DNA from: Candidatus Electrothrix yaqonensis
GTDB taxonomy: Bacteria > Desulfobacterota > Desulfobulbia > Desulfobulbales > Desulfobulbaceae
DNA length: 32,000 bases
Assembly (NCBI GenBank): GCA_047651235.1
Contig: CP178758.1
Coordinates: 3,090,001 to 3,122,000, forward strand
Direction: 5' to 3'
Notes under the pieces: model-generated
The model's input: the letters and a program-made list of their open reading frames with translations, nothing else
What the model was told of the DNA's origin: nothing
Databases searched by the model: none
Part shown: piece by piece, positions 1 to 9,965 of the stretch
How the letters are laid out: each line of letters starts with the position of its first letter
Numbering within the stretch: position 1 is the stretch's first letter
Made by a program: the position numbers and the translations under genes

Positions 1-1
1 C

Positions 2-130
2 AAAAGCAGATATTATCAGCTCGTTAAACTGCTTGCACTCTTTTATCGGAAGAACGGGCTGGAAGGAATCAGGGCAATTCGTATGGATTATCAGGCTGGT
101 CGCATTCTTGTAGCCAGGACGGAGCCGTAG
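2..130 (+). CDS. ftsQ: 3' end of cell-division protein FtsQ (partial, runs off the left edge)
   Basis: The frame is open from the window edge to TAG at 128-130 (...GIRAIRMDYQAGRILVARTEP*), 3 nt before ftsA. Only 42 aa are visible, so the call rests mainly on the ftsQ-ftsA-ftsZ order. Confidence 0.5.
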   Translation, partial: KSRYYQLVKLLALFYRKNGLEGIRAIRMDYQAGRILVARTEP

Positions 131-133
131 GCG

Positions 134-1444
134 GTGGACGCAATGGATGAACTGGATATAAAGGTTGCTGAAGAAACAGAGCCTTCGGAAGAGGAAGAGA
201 CCGGAAAGATCAAAGAGCAGGTCAGGACGGCAAGTCAGGGGACAGGCGAACTGGTTGCCGGTCTGGACATAGGCACCACCAAGATATGCGCTGTTATCGG
301 CGAGGTCTTTGATGACGGCAGTGTGAATATTCTCGGCGTGGGAACCGCTGCATCCTCAGGCATGAAAAAAGGTGTAGTGGTCAATATTGAATCCACGGTC
401 AGATCAATCCGTCAGGCCATTGACAGCGCCTCTGACATGGCAGGATGCGATATCGAGACCGTGTATGTCGGTATTGCCGGAACCCATATCAAAGGCTTCA
501 ATTCTCCCGGCATTATTGCGATCAACAACCAGCAGATCCGGCAGAAGGAAATTCAGGCGGTCATTCATGCCGCCCAGACGGTAAAAATTTCCGACAATCA
601 GCAGATTATTCACGTCCTGCCCCAGGAGTACATGGTGGATGATCATACCGGGATTCAGAATCCCCTGGGCATGACCGGAGTGCGCCTGGCGACCAATGTC
701 CATATTGTCACGGCAGATGTCACCTCCCTGCATAACCTGGTGACCAGCTGCAACCGGGCTGAACTGAATGTGGCGGAAGTGGTGCTTGAATCTGTGGCCT
801 CAGCCAGAGCGGTGCTGAGCCAGGATGAAATGGAACTCGGCGTGGCCCTGCTGGATGTCGGGGGAGGGACCACGGATCTAGCCGTATTCTGCAACGGGTC
901 CATCAAATATACCTGGGAGCTGGCCCTGGGCGGCAACAACCTGACCAATGATCTGTCTGTGGGGCTGCGTACTCCGCTGCAGGAGGCCGAGATGCTGAAA
1001 TATAAGTACGGCGGAGCAATCTCCTCCATGGTCAAGGAGAATCATATTATTGAGGTACCCACAGTCGGCGACCGTAAGGCCCGCAAGGTGTCCCAGAGGG
1101 TGCTGGTGGAAATTCTGGAGGCCAGAATGGAGGAGATCCTCCAGGTGGTCAATAAGAAAGTCTGCGGGTCCGGCTACAGAAATCGGATCAATGCCGGTAT
1201 GGTCATCACCGGCGGGACAGCTCTGCTGCCCAATATCGTGGAAATGGCGGAGCAGGTGTTTGATATGCCGGTGCGGATCAGTTTTCCCCAGGGAGTCGGG
1301 GGCCGGATAGAGGATGTGGAGTCTCCCCGCTGTACCACGGGTGTCGGTCTGGTTTTATACGGCTGCAATCAGAAAGAAATTGTTCCGGTGGAGAGTGACG
1401 GTATTCTCAGCAGGCTGAGAAATTTTTTGAAAAATATTATTTAG
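134..1444 (+). CDS. ftsA: Cell-division protein FtsA (actin-like ATPase)
   Basis: The 436-aa ORF carries the FtsA phosphate-1 motif GLDIGTTKICAVIGE, then LLDVGGGTTDLAVF and ITGGTALLPNI. It sits directly upstream of ftsZ. It has an acidic ~40-aa N-terminal extension; the start could be GTG 134 or ATG 143. Confidence 0.95.
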   Translation: MDAMDELDIKVAEETEPSEEEETGKIKEQVRTASQGTGELVAGLDIGTTKICAVIGEVFDDGSVNILGVGTAASSGMKKGVVVNIESTVRSIRQAIDSASDMAGCDIETVYVGIAGTHIKGFNSPGIIAINNQQIRQKEIQAVIHAAQTVKISDNQQIIHVLPQEYMVDDHTGIQNPLGMTGVRLATNVHIVTADVTSLHNLVTSCNRAELNVAEVVLESVASARAVLSQDEMELGVALLDVGGGTTDLAVFCNGSIKYTWELALGGNNLTNDLSVGLRTPLQEAEMLKYKYGGAISSMVKENHIIEVPTVGDRKARKVSQRVLVEILEARMEEILQVVNKKVCGSGYRNRINAGMVITGGTALLPNIVEMAEQVFDMPVRISFPQGVGGRIEDVESPRCTTGVGLVLYGCNQKEIVPVESDGILSRLRNFLKNII

Positions 1445-1529
1445 GGCTGGATTTAAGACTGGAAAAGATTGTATGACGGTTTTATACTAATACATACGTA
1501 TTTTGCGGTAAAAAGTGATCGTATACAAT

Positions 1530-1537
1530 TGTATAAT
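1530..1537 (+). promoter_or_regulatory. Possible extended -10 element (TGTATAAT) for ftsZ
   Basis: TGTATAAT lies inside the palindromic TATACAATTGTATA in the AT-rich 123-nt ftsA-ftsZ spacer. There is no convincing -35. Confidence 0.3.
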
Positions 1538-1585
1538 AAACATTGTTTGATCTGATGCGGGAACGAAGTGCTTGAGGGGGAAGGC

Positions 1586-2794
1586 ATGTCCTATAGAATG
1601 GCGGAAGAAGAGTCAGTTGCGAATATCAAGGTAATCGGAGTCGGCGGCGGCGGCGGAAACGCCATCAATACCATGGTCGAAAACCGGCTTACCGGGGTCC
1701 AGTTTATTGCGGCTAATACAGATATGCAGGCTTTGGAAAATTCAAAGGCAGATATCCGGATTCAGCTCGGACCGAATATCACCAAAGGTATGGGGGCCGG
1801 AGCTGATCCTGCTATGGGCCGGGATGCGGCTCAGGAAAGTCTGGATGACCTGGCCAATGCTATTGCTGATGCGGATATGGTGTTTGTGACAGCCGGGCTC
1901 GGAGGCGGAACCGGAACAGGGGCTGCTCCGGTTATTGCGCAGCTCTGCAAGAAGCAGGGTGCGCTGACGGTTTCTGTTGTCACCAAACCCTTTTATTTTG
2001 AAGCAAAAAAACGCATGCATAATGCCGAGGCCGGCTGGGAGGAACTGAAAAAGAACTCCGATACCATTATCACCGTGCCCAATGACCGGCTGCTGGGCCT
2101 GATGCAGAAGAATTCCACCCTGGTGGATATGATGAAGATGGTGGACGATGTCCTGCTCCAGGCGGTCAAGGGGATCACCGATCTCATCAATCTGCCCGGA
2201 CATATTAACGTAGATTTTGCCGACCTGAAGACGGTTATGAAAGAGGTCGGTCCGGCAATTATGGGATCCGGTGCTGCTTCCGGAGAAAACCGGGCTACCG
2301 AGGCTGCCAAGCGGGCGATTGATAATCAGCTGCTGGAAGATGTGGGTATTGACGGTGCTCTCGGCATCCTGATCAATATTTCCGCCACCAGTTCCCTGAC
2401 CATGGGCGAGTTCATGGAAGCCTCAGCTCTGATACAGGAGAAGGCCCATGAAGATGCGAATATCATTATCGGTGCCCTGTTTGATGAAAATATGGGCGAT
2501 GAACTGCGCGTAACCGTCATTGCCACAGGTATTGCCAATTTCAAAGAGAGCGGGGAGACTATCTCCGAGTTTGACGTAGTCGGTCGCGGGGCCAGGAAAA
2601 AGGTGCAGCCGCTCCAGACAGCGGACCGAGGCAGGACAGAGCCGGAGCGTCCGCAGGGGAATCAGCCGGTCAGCTTTGCCCGCCCGAATCCGGTGCCCAA
2701 GGGACTGCGCCCCATGCCCACCCCGATTTTTGATGAGCAGAACGACCTTGCTGAATGGGATGAACCGGCCTATATCCGCAAAAAAGCTAACTGA
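1586..2794 (+). CDS. ftsZ: Cell-division GTPase FtsZ
   Basis: Contains [17 protein letters not shown] and the tubulin signature [13 protein letters not shown]. The ORF opens at GTG 1568, but ATG 1586 is preceded by GGGGGAAGG, so I prefer 1586. Confidence 0.97.
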   Translation: MSYRMAEEESVANIKVIGVGGGGGNAINTMVENRLTGVQFIAANTDMQALENSKADIRIQLGPNITKGMGAGADPAMGRDAAQESLDDLANAIADADMVFVTAGLGGGTGTGAAPVIAQLCKKQGALTVSVVTKPFYFEAKKRMHNAEAGWEELKKNSDTIITVPNDRLLGLMQKNSTLVDMMKMVDDVLLQAVKGITDLINLPGHINVDFADLKTVMKEVGPAIMGSGAASGENRATEAAKRAIDNQLLEDVGIDGALGILINISATSSLTMGEFMEASALIQEKAHEDANIIIGALFDENMGDELRVTVIATGIANFKESGETISEFDVVGRGARKKVQPLQTADRGRTEPERPQGNQPVSFARPNPVPKGLRPMPTPIFDEQNDLAEWDEPAYIRKKAN

Positions 2795-2858
2795 TCCTGT
2801 CATGCTTTTTTCTGCGGACTGCACTGTGTTGCCCATCATTTGATCTGCTGCTGGTTTT

Positions 2859-4622
2859 TTGCATCCCCTGCTTAGAACAGAGACCGGAACAGTCCGTAAA
2901 AAATGGAAGGGTCACCTGCCGGTGGCCCTTCTCTATCCGAATACCTACTCCCTTGCTGTTTCCAATCTCGGTTTCCAGCTTCTCTATCGCCTGCTGAATG
3001 CTCACGAAGATATAGTCTGTGAGCGGTTTGTTTATCCGCAGCAGGAGCAGTTCCGTTCCCTTGAATCCGATCGTCCCTTGGCGGATTTCCCGCTGCTTTT
3101 CGGTTCTGTCAGCTTTGAACATGATTATCCCCGCCTGGCAGCCATGCTGGTTGCCGGAAATGTGCCACCCTATGCGGCGGACAGAGAGGGCAATATTGCA
3201 GCAGGTAACCCGCTGGTGGTACTCGGCGGGGTAGGGGTGTTCATGAATCCGGAGCCGCTGGCCCCGTTTGCCGATCTGATGGTTATCGGTGAGGCCGAGA
3301 TCGTGTTGCCCGATCTGCTGCCTGTGCTCTCCCTCTCCGAATCGGGAAACGCGGACAGGGTATCCCTCCTGCAGCAGATCGCCAGCTCAATACCGGGCTG
3401 CTATGTTCCGTCCGGGTACAGATTCAGCTATGCTGCTGACGGACAGGTGCAGGAGATCACTGCTGCCCCCGGACTGCCCCGGCGGGTGCGCAGGGCCCTG
3501 CTGTCCGATACCGCCCAGGCAGCGCATTCCGAGCTGCTTTCCCCGGAGGCGGAGTTGGGTATGTACATGACCGAACTGGGACGCGGCTGCAGTCGTGGCT
3601 GCCGTTTCTGCGCAGCAGGCTTTATCTATCGTCCGCCCCGGCTCTGGCAGGCGGATGCTGTGCTGGCCGGACTTGCCCGACGCCCGGAAGAAATTGACCG
3701 GGTGGGGCTGCTGGGTATGGAGATGGCTGCCCCGGAGCTGCTGGATCAGATTGCCGGTTCCCTGCAGGCAGACGGCTGCTCGCTTTCCTTTTCTTCTCTG
3801 CGGGCCGACAGGATCTCTCCCCAACTGCTGGCCCTGCTGTCCAATTCCGGGCTGAAATCCGTGGCTATTGCCCCGGACGGCTGCTCCCAACGCCTGCGCC
3901 GGGTAATCAACAAAGGGCTGAGTGAGGACGACCTGATCGCGGCCGCAGTTGCGCTGGTGGATGCCGGGATCTATACTCTGAAGCTCTACGTCATGATCGG
4001 GCTGCCCACAGAGACCCGGCAGGATCTGGAGGAATTTGTCCATCTTGTCCACACCGTGCGTGACCGGATTCTTCCCTTGGGCAGAAAAAAAGGACGACTT
4101 TGTGAGCTGATCCTGTCCGTCAACTCCTTTGTCCCCAAAGCCTGGACGCCGTTTCAGTATCTTTCCTTTGGTGGGCAGGACCGTGAACAGGCCATGCAGG
4201 ATCAGGACTGCACAGCCGCCGTGCTCCAGCTAAAGAAGAAAATCAAGTTCCTCAAAAAACAGTTTGCCGGAACAGACAACCTGCATATCAAGGTAGACCG
4301 ACCGGATACGGTGCTGTCCCAAGCCGTGTTTGCCCGGGCTGACCGCCGCATTGCGCCAGTGCTGCTGGATATCGGCATGGGCAGGTACTCGTTTAAGCAG
4401 GCCATGAAAAAACACAGGATGTCTGCCTGGCAGTATGCTGTCCGACCGCGCTCAGCGGACGAGCTGTTCTGCTGGCAGGTGACTGATCACGGGATCAGTG
4501 AGGGTTATTTGTACAGGGAACTGGAAAAGGCATTGGCTGCACAGGCCACCCCGCCTTGTGATACAGCACACTGCCACCGCTGCGGGGTGTGCGGCAGGGC
4601 AGGGGAGGCGGCGGGCGACTGA
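2859..4622 (+). CDS. Radical SAM protein with an N-terminal B12-binding-like domain
   Basis: The 587-aa ORF has the CxxxCxxC cluster motif GCSRGCRFCAAG at about residue 245. Its N-terminal segment (LLYPNTYSLAVSNLGFQLLYRLLN) is typical of B12-domain radical-SAM families. The C-terminus is Cys-rich (CDTAHCHRCGVC). Confidence 0.8.
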   Translation: MHPLLRTETGTVRKKWKGHLPVALLYPNTYSLAVSNLGFQLLYRLLNAHEDIVCERFVYPQQEQFRSLESDRPLADFPLLFGSVSFEHDYPRLAAMLVAGNVPPYAADREGNIAAGNPLVVLGGVGVFMNPEPLAPFADLMVIGEAEIVLPDLLPVLSLSESGNADRVSLLQQIASSIPGCYVPSGYRFSYAADGQVQEITAAPGLPRRVRRALLSDTAQAAHSELLSPEAELGMYMTELGRGCSRGCRFCAAGFIYRPPRLWQADAVLAGLARRPEEIDRVGLLGMEMAAPELLDQIAGSLQADGCSLSFSSLRADRISPQLLALLSNSGLKSVAIAPDGCSQRLRRVINKGLSEDDLIAAAVALVDAGIYTLKLYVMIGLPTETRQDLEEFVHLVHTVRDRILPLGRKKGRLCELILSVNSFVPKAWTPFQYLSFGGQDREQAMQDQDCTAAVLQLKKKIKFLKKQFAGTDNLHIKVDRPDTVLSQAVFARADRRIAPVLLDIGMGRYSFKQAMKKHRMSAWQYAVRPRSADELFCWQVTDHGISEGYLYRELEKALAAQATPPCDTAHCHRCGVCGRAGEAAGD

Positions 4623-4708
4623 CCAGGGACTTTTCAGCCCGGAAAAAACGGTCAGCACGCATATTCCGCATTCCTTTTTTTTACCCCCACCATTGGACGC
4701 CAAGCTGT

Positions 4709-4891
4709 TTACTCCAGAACAATGATGGCATCTTCCGGGCAGATATTTACACAGAGGTCGCATTCCACACATTTATCGTTGTGGACGTGGGCCGGGAAAC
4801 CATCCACCACTTTATAGACCTCCTGCGGGCAGACTTCTACACATTCCCGGCAGTTCGTGCACTTTTCCACATCTATTTTTACATGTCGCAT
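4709..4891 (-). CDS. 2x[4Fe-4S] ferredoxin (60 aa)
   Basis: There are two CxxCxxCxxxCP motifs: CTNCRECVEVCP and CVECDLCVNICP. Confidence 0.85.
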   Translation of the reverse strand: MRHVKIDVEKCTNCRECVEVCPQEVYKVVDGFPAHVHNDKCVECDLCVNICPEDAIIVLE

Positions 4892-5087
4892 TGTCCGGTT
4901 CTCCCCCTTTTGTTTGCACTATTGCACCATGTGATGAGAGAGAGACAGAGCCTGAATGTCTGTTCATCCCCCTGTATTCTGTTAAGCACAGCAGAATGGG
5001 CTTGGCAAGGACAAAATGGGTTAGATGTGAATACGCTCAGAACGAAAACCGGCTGACCGAGAAGTGCTACGTTGTTGCAATTTTCCG

Positions 5088-5193
5088 TTGACAAGGAGAT
5101 ATGTGCCTCGTAACCTGATCAGGCGGCATGCTTTCCGGTTGCCTGCAGAACTGCTGGAGAGCAGGATTCGGTTGGTTTCCAGACCGCCGGAGA
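5088..5193 (+). promoter_or_regulatory. Promoter plus 5' leader, copy A (upstream of acr3)
   Basis: TTGACA (5088-5093), a 17-nt spacer, then TAACCT (5111-5116). The leader blocks GCCTCGTAACCTGATCAGGCGGCATGCTTTCCGGTTG and ATTCGGTTGGTTTCCAGACCGCCGGAG are nearly identical to copy B at 6677-6790. Confidence 0.55.
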
Positions 5194-5330
5194 CACATCC
5201 CTGCTTGCGGATGAGCTTGCAGCACAAGGGCCAGGCGCATTCACCGGATGAATTTCCCCGGATCAGGTATGATTTTTCTGTGACCATGGGGGTGCAGCGA
5301 TACCTGCCCGCATATTGATGTGTACAGAGA
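5194..5330 (+). pseudogene. Collapsed remnant of the 204-aa methyltransferase gene (paralog of 6791-7405)
   Basis: 5194-5240 matches 6943-6990 (about 41 of 47 nt). 5244-5265 matches 7091-7112 (CCGGA..ATTCCCCGGATC). There is a weaker third block near 5295-5330 versus 7361-7400. The intervening gene segments are deleted and no reading frame is conserved. Confidence 0.6.
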
Positions 5331-5456
5331 CTGAACTGGTCAATTCCTGATCCCGAGGATATGGAGATATCTCGGTTTGACGGGATCAGGAATATGATTG
5401 AAGCAAGAGTGTTACATCTTATTGAAGAGAGAAACTGTTCCGAATGAGGCGGAGTG

Positions 5457-6593
5457 ATGGCGGAGAAGAACTTGTCCTTTTTTGAAAGGTATCTGAGCAT
5501 CTGGGTACTGCTCTGCATTGCAGGCGGTATCCTGTTGGGCAAAGCTGCTCCTGAAGCTGCTGCCGCATTGAATGACTTTTCATTCTATCAGGTCTCAATA
5601 CCGATTGCTGTCTGTCTGTTCTTTATGATGTACCCCATCATGGTGAAGATTGATTTTGCCCAGGTTGTCAGGTCTGCCAAAACACCGAAACCGGTGCTGC
5701 TCACCCTGTGTATCAACTGGGCAGTCAAGCCGTTTACCATGTTTGCCATAGCGTATTTCTTTCTGGGCTATCTGTTCAGAGATTTCCTGCCGGGCACCGA
5801 AGTTCTTGCAAACGGCGAAGAAGTAGAGCTGTGGCGGAGTTATATTGCCGGGGCAATTCTGCTGGGCATCGCGCCATGCACAGCAATGGTGCTGATGTGG
5901 GGATATCTTGCCAGGGGAAATGACGGTCTGACCCTGGTTATGGTGGCCATCAACTCGCTGATGATGCTTTTTTTCTATGGTCCGTTGGGCGGACTGCTGC
6001 TCAATGTTAATGCCATGCCTGTTCCCTGGCAGACCATGCTGCTCTCTGTAGCCGTGTATGTCGCCTTTCCTTTACTCAGCGGATACCTGACCAGAAAATG
6101 GCTGATCAGCAGTAAAGGAATAGACTGGTTTAACGAGCAATTTCTGCATCGGCTGACACCCGTCAGTATAACAGCGCTGCTTTTTACCCTGATTCTGCTA
6201 TTTTCCTTCAAGGGAGAAGTTATCATAGCGAATCCGCTCACTATTATATGGATCGCCGTTCCGCTTTTTGTCCAGACCGTGTTTATCTTTGTCCTCGGGT
6301 ATTTTGTCCTTGCCCGATGGCTGAAGCTTTCCTACCGTGATGCTGCTCCTGCAGCGATGATAGGGGCGTCAAACCATTTTGAAGTGGCTATAGCAACGGC
6401 GGTTATCCTTTTCGGCTTATCATCCGGCGCTGCCCTGGCCACGGTTGTCGGTGTGCTGATAGAGGTTCCGCTGATGCTCATGCTTGTTGCTGTCTGCAAA
6501 CGCACATGCCATCTTTTTGAAGAGTGTCATCTTGATTCTCCGCATTGTACAGCAAGGCATTCGGCAGGGAGAGGGATAAAGAAGGAGGTCTGA
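5457..6593 (+). CDS. acr3: ACR3-family arsenite efflux permease
   Basis: The N-terminus [23 protein letters not shown] and the CTAMV segment ([12 protein letters not shown]) are typical of Acr3, and the ORF is a ~10-TM protein. The ORF opens at GTG 5454; ATG 5457 is chosen. It has a ~30-aa Cys/His-rich C-terminal tail. Confidence 0.88.
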   Translation: MAEKNLSFFERYLSIWVLLCIAGGILLGKAAPEAAAALNDFSFYQVSIPIAVCLFFMMYPIMVKIDFAQVVRSAKTPKPVLLTLCINWAVKPFTMFAIAYFFLGYLFRDFLPGTEVLANGEEVELWRSYIAGAILLGIAPCTAMVLMWGYLARGNDGLTLVMVAINSLMMLFFYGPLGGLLLNVNAMPVPWQTMLLSVAVYVAFPLLSGYLTRKWLISSKGIDWFNEQFLHRLTPVSITALLFTLILLFSFKGEVIIANPLTIIWIAVPLFVQTVFIFVLGYFVLARWLKLSYRDAAPAAMIGASNHFEVAIATAVILFGLSSGAALATVVGVLIEVPLMLMLVAVCKRTCHLFEECHLDSPHCTARHSAGRGIKKEV

Positions 6594-6676
6594 GAAAAGG
6601 AGAGTTGTTCGATGCATCAAATGGATTCTGCGGGATTCTATTCTGGCCACAGTACTACATTGTCGTGATTTCCCCG

Positions 6677-6790
6677 TTGACAGGAGCAGGTATGCCTCGT
6701 AAACTGTCAGGCAGGATGCTTTCCGTTTGTCATACAGCAGGCCGGAAAGCGGAGTTCGGTTGATTTTCAGTCCGCCGGAGGAAGGCCCCC
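6677..6790 (+). promoter_or_regulatory. Promoter plus 5' leader, copy B (upstream of the methyltransferase)
   Basis: TTGACA (6677-6682), a 17-nt spacer, then TAAACT (6700-6705). The leader has an 8-bp hairpin, GCTTTCCG (6718-6725) with CGGAAAGC (6743-6750). SD GGAGGAAGG precedes GTG 6791. Confidence 0.6.
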
Positions 6791-7405
6791 GTGACAACTC
6801 TGCATGAACATTGGAATGCTATCTTTTCCGCCAAGCCTGACCAGGAACTTGGCTGGTATGAACAGGACGTTGCCCAGACCCTGAAGTTTCTTGACTGCAT
6901 CCCGCAGAACAGGCCTGCTACGATTTTTCTGGCTGGCTCAGGCACATCTCTGCTTGTGGATGAGCTTGCAGCACGAGGGCACAGGCTCATCCTGAACGAC
7001 ATCAGTGATGAAGCCCTGAACAGGTTGAGCAACAGAATAGGCAGAAACAGCGAAGTAATCTGGCTGCACCATGATATTGCCCAATCTCTGCCGGACCATA
7101 TTCCCCGGATCGATATCTGGATTGATCGTGCCGTGCTGCATTTCCTGCTCAAAGAAGAAGCTATTCAGGGCTACTTTGTCAATGTACATGCAGCGGTACG
7201 TCAGGGAGGATATGCCCTGCTGGCAGAGTTTTCCACTGCCGGTGCATCAGAGTGCGCCGGTCTTGCGGTCCACAGATATTCCATTGAAGAAATGACCGGG
7301 CGTATGGGCATGGACTTCAAGCTGGTGCAGCACGAGGCATACACGTATGTCAATCCGTTCGGCAGTCTGCGGCCGTATTTATATGCGTTGTACAGAAAAA
7401 AGTAA
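6791..7405 (+). CDS. Small class I SAM-dependent methyltransferase (204 aa), substrate unknown
   Basis: It has a Rossmann-type motif I region (IFLAGSGTSLLVDELAARGHRLILNDIS) and a post-I acidic residue. The overall size and layout resemble TPMT/TehB-like methyltransferases. It starts at GTG with a strong SD. Confidence 0.7.
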   Translation: MTTLHEHWNAIFSAKPDQELGWYEQDVAQTLKFLDCIPQNRPATIFLAGSGTSLLVDELAARGHRLILNDISDEALNRLSNRIGRNSEVIWLHHDIAQSLPDHIPRIDIWIDRAVLHFLLKEEAIQGYFVNVHAAVRQGGYALLAEFSTAGASECAGLAVHRYSIEEMTGRMGMDFKLVQHEAYTYVNPFGSLRPYLYALYRKK

Positions 7406-7593
7406 GGTGTTGGGAATTTTTCCTTCCTGTCAGTTTCCGGAAGAGCTGATGCAGCACCTCCCATGTTATATTACTTAGAAAAATCAGGGACGTATCACGA
7501 CGATTGATGAACTGAAAGACTCGCGGAAAACGCAAAAACCGCATCCTGATCTTTTGGAAAAATTGGTATACAATCAATCGGAGGATGCCAATT

Positions 7594-8511
7594 ATGAAGA
7601 TAACTATCATCGGTGCCGGGGCCATGGGCTGCCTGTTCGGCGGTCTGCTTACGGAACACGGTCTGGATGTGCAGCTGGTTGAGGTCAGAGAAGACCAGAT
7701 CAACACCCTGAATAAACGCGGCCTGACAGTGCTCCGTAATGGCCAGGAACGGGTCATTCGGGTGCGGGCTGTCCGTAATCCTGCTGAAGTTGCTGAAACA
7801 GATCTGGCCCTGATTTTTGTCAAATATGCCCAGACCGGGGCAGCCTCACAGGCTGCCGCCCGGCTGCTGGGTAGCAGCGGCGTTGCCCTGACCCTGCAGA
7901 ACGGAATGGGCAATGCCGAGATTATTGCGGAAAAAGCGGGCGCGGACAGAGTGCTCTGCGGCACCACGGCGCAGGGAGCCATGCTTTTAGGGCCGGGAAA
8001 AATTCAGCATTCCGGAACCGGTGAAACAGTGATCGGGATGTGGCAGCAGGACCGGCAGCCGATGGTGACGCAAATTGCAGAAGTTTTTTCAGCAGCCGGG
8101 ATTCCATGCAGGGCTGTGGACAAAATTGAGCCGCTCCTCTGGAACAAGCTGTTCGTCAATGTCGGGATTAATGCCATTACCGCCCTGACCGGTATCCGGA
8201 ATGGCCAGCTGTTCGATCAGGAAGAAACAGGTGCGCTGATGCGGGATGTTGTGCAGGAAGCAGTGCTGGTGGCCGAAGAGCTGGGGGTTCCCGTTGCAGC
8301 AGTTCCGCTGGAGCATGTCCGCCAGGTTGCCGAGGCAACAGCGTCCAACCGTTCCTCCATGGGGCAGGATGTTGATGCCCGGCGTGCCACGGAAATTGAC
8401 GCCATTAACGGCTATATTGTCCGTAAAGCACAAGAGTTGGGCCTTGAAGTTCCGGTGAATCAGACGCTGGTCCGGCTGGTCAAAACCCTGCAGGGGCATT
8501 ATCCGGGCTGA
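7594..8511 (+). CDS. panE: 2-dehydropantoate 2-reductase (ketopantoate reductase)
   Basis: Begins MKITIIGAGAMGCLFGGLL (an NAD(P)-binding GxGxxG) and has ApbA/PanE-like central and C-terminal regions (...SSMGQDVDARRATEIDAINGYIV). GGAGG lies 9 nt before ATG 7594; the ORF opens at 7585. Confidence 0.85.
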   Translation: MKITIIGAGAMGCLFGGLLTEHGLDVQLVEVREDQINTLNKRGLTVLRNGQERVIRVRAVRNPAEVAETDLALIFVKYAQTGAASQAAARLLGSSGVALTLQNGMGNAEIIAEKAGADRVLCGTTAQGAMLLGPGKIQHSGTGETVIGMWQQDRQPMVTQIAEVFSAAGIPCRAVDKIEPLLWNKLFVNVGINAITALTGIRNGQLFDQEETGALMRDVVQEAVLVAEELGVPVAAVPLEHVRQVAEATASNRSSMGQDVDARRATEIDAINGYIVRKAQELGLEVPVNQTLVRLVKTLQGHYPG

Positions 8512-8517
8512 ACCTAA

Positions 8518-9822
8518 TCAGCTTTCTGAAGAAAGTGCAACCGCCTGCAGTACGGCTGATGTCAGTCTGCTCAGGTCTTCGGCGGTGATGATATACGGCG
8601 GCATCAGATAAATCAACCTGCCGAAGGGACGTATCCAGACGCCCTGGGAAACAAAAAGTTTCTGCAGAACAGCCATATCCACCGGCCGCCGCATCTCCAC
8701 AACACCGATGGCTCCGAGCACCCGGACGTCAGCAACCTGAGCAGCTGTACGGACCGGTTCCAGCTCCTGCCGGAGCTGCTGCTCAATGGCCTGTACCTTG
8801 TGCTGCCAGCCGCTTTCAAGCAGCAGGAGAACAGAAGCAGCGGCAACTGCACAGGCCAGCGGATTGCCCATAAAGGTAGGGCCGTGCATGAACAGCCCCG
8901 GTTCACCCTGTGAGATAGTCCGGGCCACCTGATCTGTACACAGGGTTGCGGCCAGGGTCATGTAGCCGCCGGTAAGGGCCTTGCCGAGGCAGAGAATGTC
9001 CGGACTGATACCAGCATGTTCGGCAGCAAACAATCTACCTGTGCGGCCGAAGCCGGTGGCGATTTCATCAAAAATCAGCAGCACGTCAAAACGGTGGCAG
9101 AGGGCGCGCAGCTCGCGCAAATATTCCGGGTGGTAGAACCACATTCCCCCGGCTCCCTGGACCACCGGTTCCAAAATGACCGCAGCGATCTCTTCATGAT
9201 GCCGGGCCAGCAGCTCAGTCATGACCGCGATATCCTCCTGCTGCCATTCTCCATCGAACCGGCATTCCGGGCGGGGGGCAAATAACTGTTTCGGCAGGGC
9301 TGCGGAAAAAATGGTGTGCATCCCGGTGACCGGATCACAGACCGACATGGCATGGAAGGTATCGCCGTGGTAGCCGCCCCGGACAGTCAGCAGACGGTGT
9401 TTTCTGCTCTGCCCTCCGGCATAGTGATACTGGAGGGCCATCTTCAGCGCGACTTCCACGGAAACTGAGCCGGAATCGCAAAGAAAAACCTTATCCAGTC
9501 CCTTCGGCGTCAGATCGGTCAGCAGTCTGCACAGGTTGATACCCGGGGCATGGGTCAGGCCGCCGAACATGACATGGGACATCCGCTCTGCCTGACGGTA
9601 CAGGGCCGCATTAAGTACCGGATGGTTGTAGCCGTGAATTGCGGCCCACCAGGAGGACATGCCATCAATCAGCTCCTGACCGTCCTGCAGCCTGATCCGC
9701 ACCCCGGAGGCCGATACTGCCGGATACACCGGGAGCGGGTTCTGCATGGAGGTATAGGGATGCCAGATGTGCTGCCGGTCAAAGGCTGTCGGATCAATGT
9801 GGTCTTTGTATCCAGGAGACAT
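8518..9822 (-). CDS. bioA: Adenosylmethionine-8-amino-7-oxononanoate aminotransferase
   Basis: The protein looks colinear with the BioA sequences I remember: [49 protein letters not shown] (PLP lysine), [10 protein letters not shown]. The ORF is open to GTG 9864; ATG 9822 gives a canonical N-terminus. Confidence 0.93.
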   Translation of the reverse strand: MSPGYKDHIDPTAFDRQHIWHPYTSMQNPLPVYPAVSASGVRIRLQDGQELIDGMSSWWAAIHGYNHPVLNAALYRQAERMSHVMFGGLTHAPGINLCRLLTDLTPKGLDKVFLCDSGSVSVEVALKMALQYHYAGGQSRKHRLLTVRGGYHGDTFHAMSVCDPVTGMHTIFSAALPKQLFAPRPECRFDGEWQQEDIAVMTELLARHHEEIAAVILEPVVQGAGGMWFYHPEYLRELRALCHRFDVLLIFDEIATGFGRTGRLFAAEHAGISPDILCLGKALTGGYMTLAATLCTDQVARTISQGEPGLFMHGPTFMGNPLACAVAAASVLLLLESGWQHKVQAIEQQLRQELEPVRTAAQVADVRVLGAIGVVEMRRPVDMAVLQKLFVSQGVWIRPFGRLIYLMPPYIITAEDLSRLTSAVLQAVALSSES

Positions 9823-9875
9823 AGCTCTCAGGGCAGAGGGAAAAGCATTCCGGTTATTCTGCACAAACTCTGCAT

Positions 9876-9915
9876 AAAAAAAGACGAATCAGTCCTTTCG
9901 GATTGTCTTCGTCTT
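9876..9915 (-). terminator. Rho-independent terminator after the bactofilin gene
   Basis: On the minus-strand RNA the stem is AAGACGAA...UUCGUCUU (9881-9888 paired with 9908-9915). There is an inner helix, and the stem is followed by a U-run (plus-strand A-run 9876-9880). Confidence 0.6.
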
Positions 9916-9965
9916 GCTTTCAATGCATCGTGCATCGGACTGCTCCGGTGCATTCATGCTGCCTG

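Noticed and set aside
1568-1585. The GTG 1568 start for ftsZ given by the ORF track.
   Set aside because: ATG 1586 is preceded by a purine-rich SD (GGGGGAAGG), and the extra MLEGEG residues have no counterpart in FtsZ N-termini.
5064-5318. An 84-aa plus-strand ORF upstream of acr3.
   Set aside because: It spans the promoter, the leader and the out-of-frame methyltransferase remnants. Its frame does not correspond to the frame of the intact paralog, so it is not a gene.
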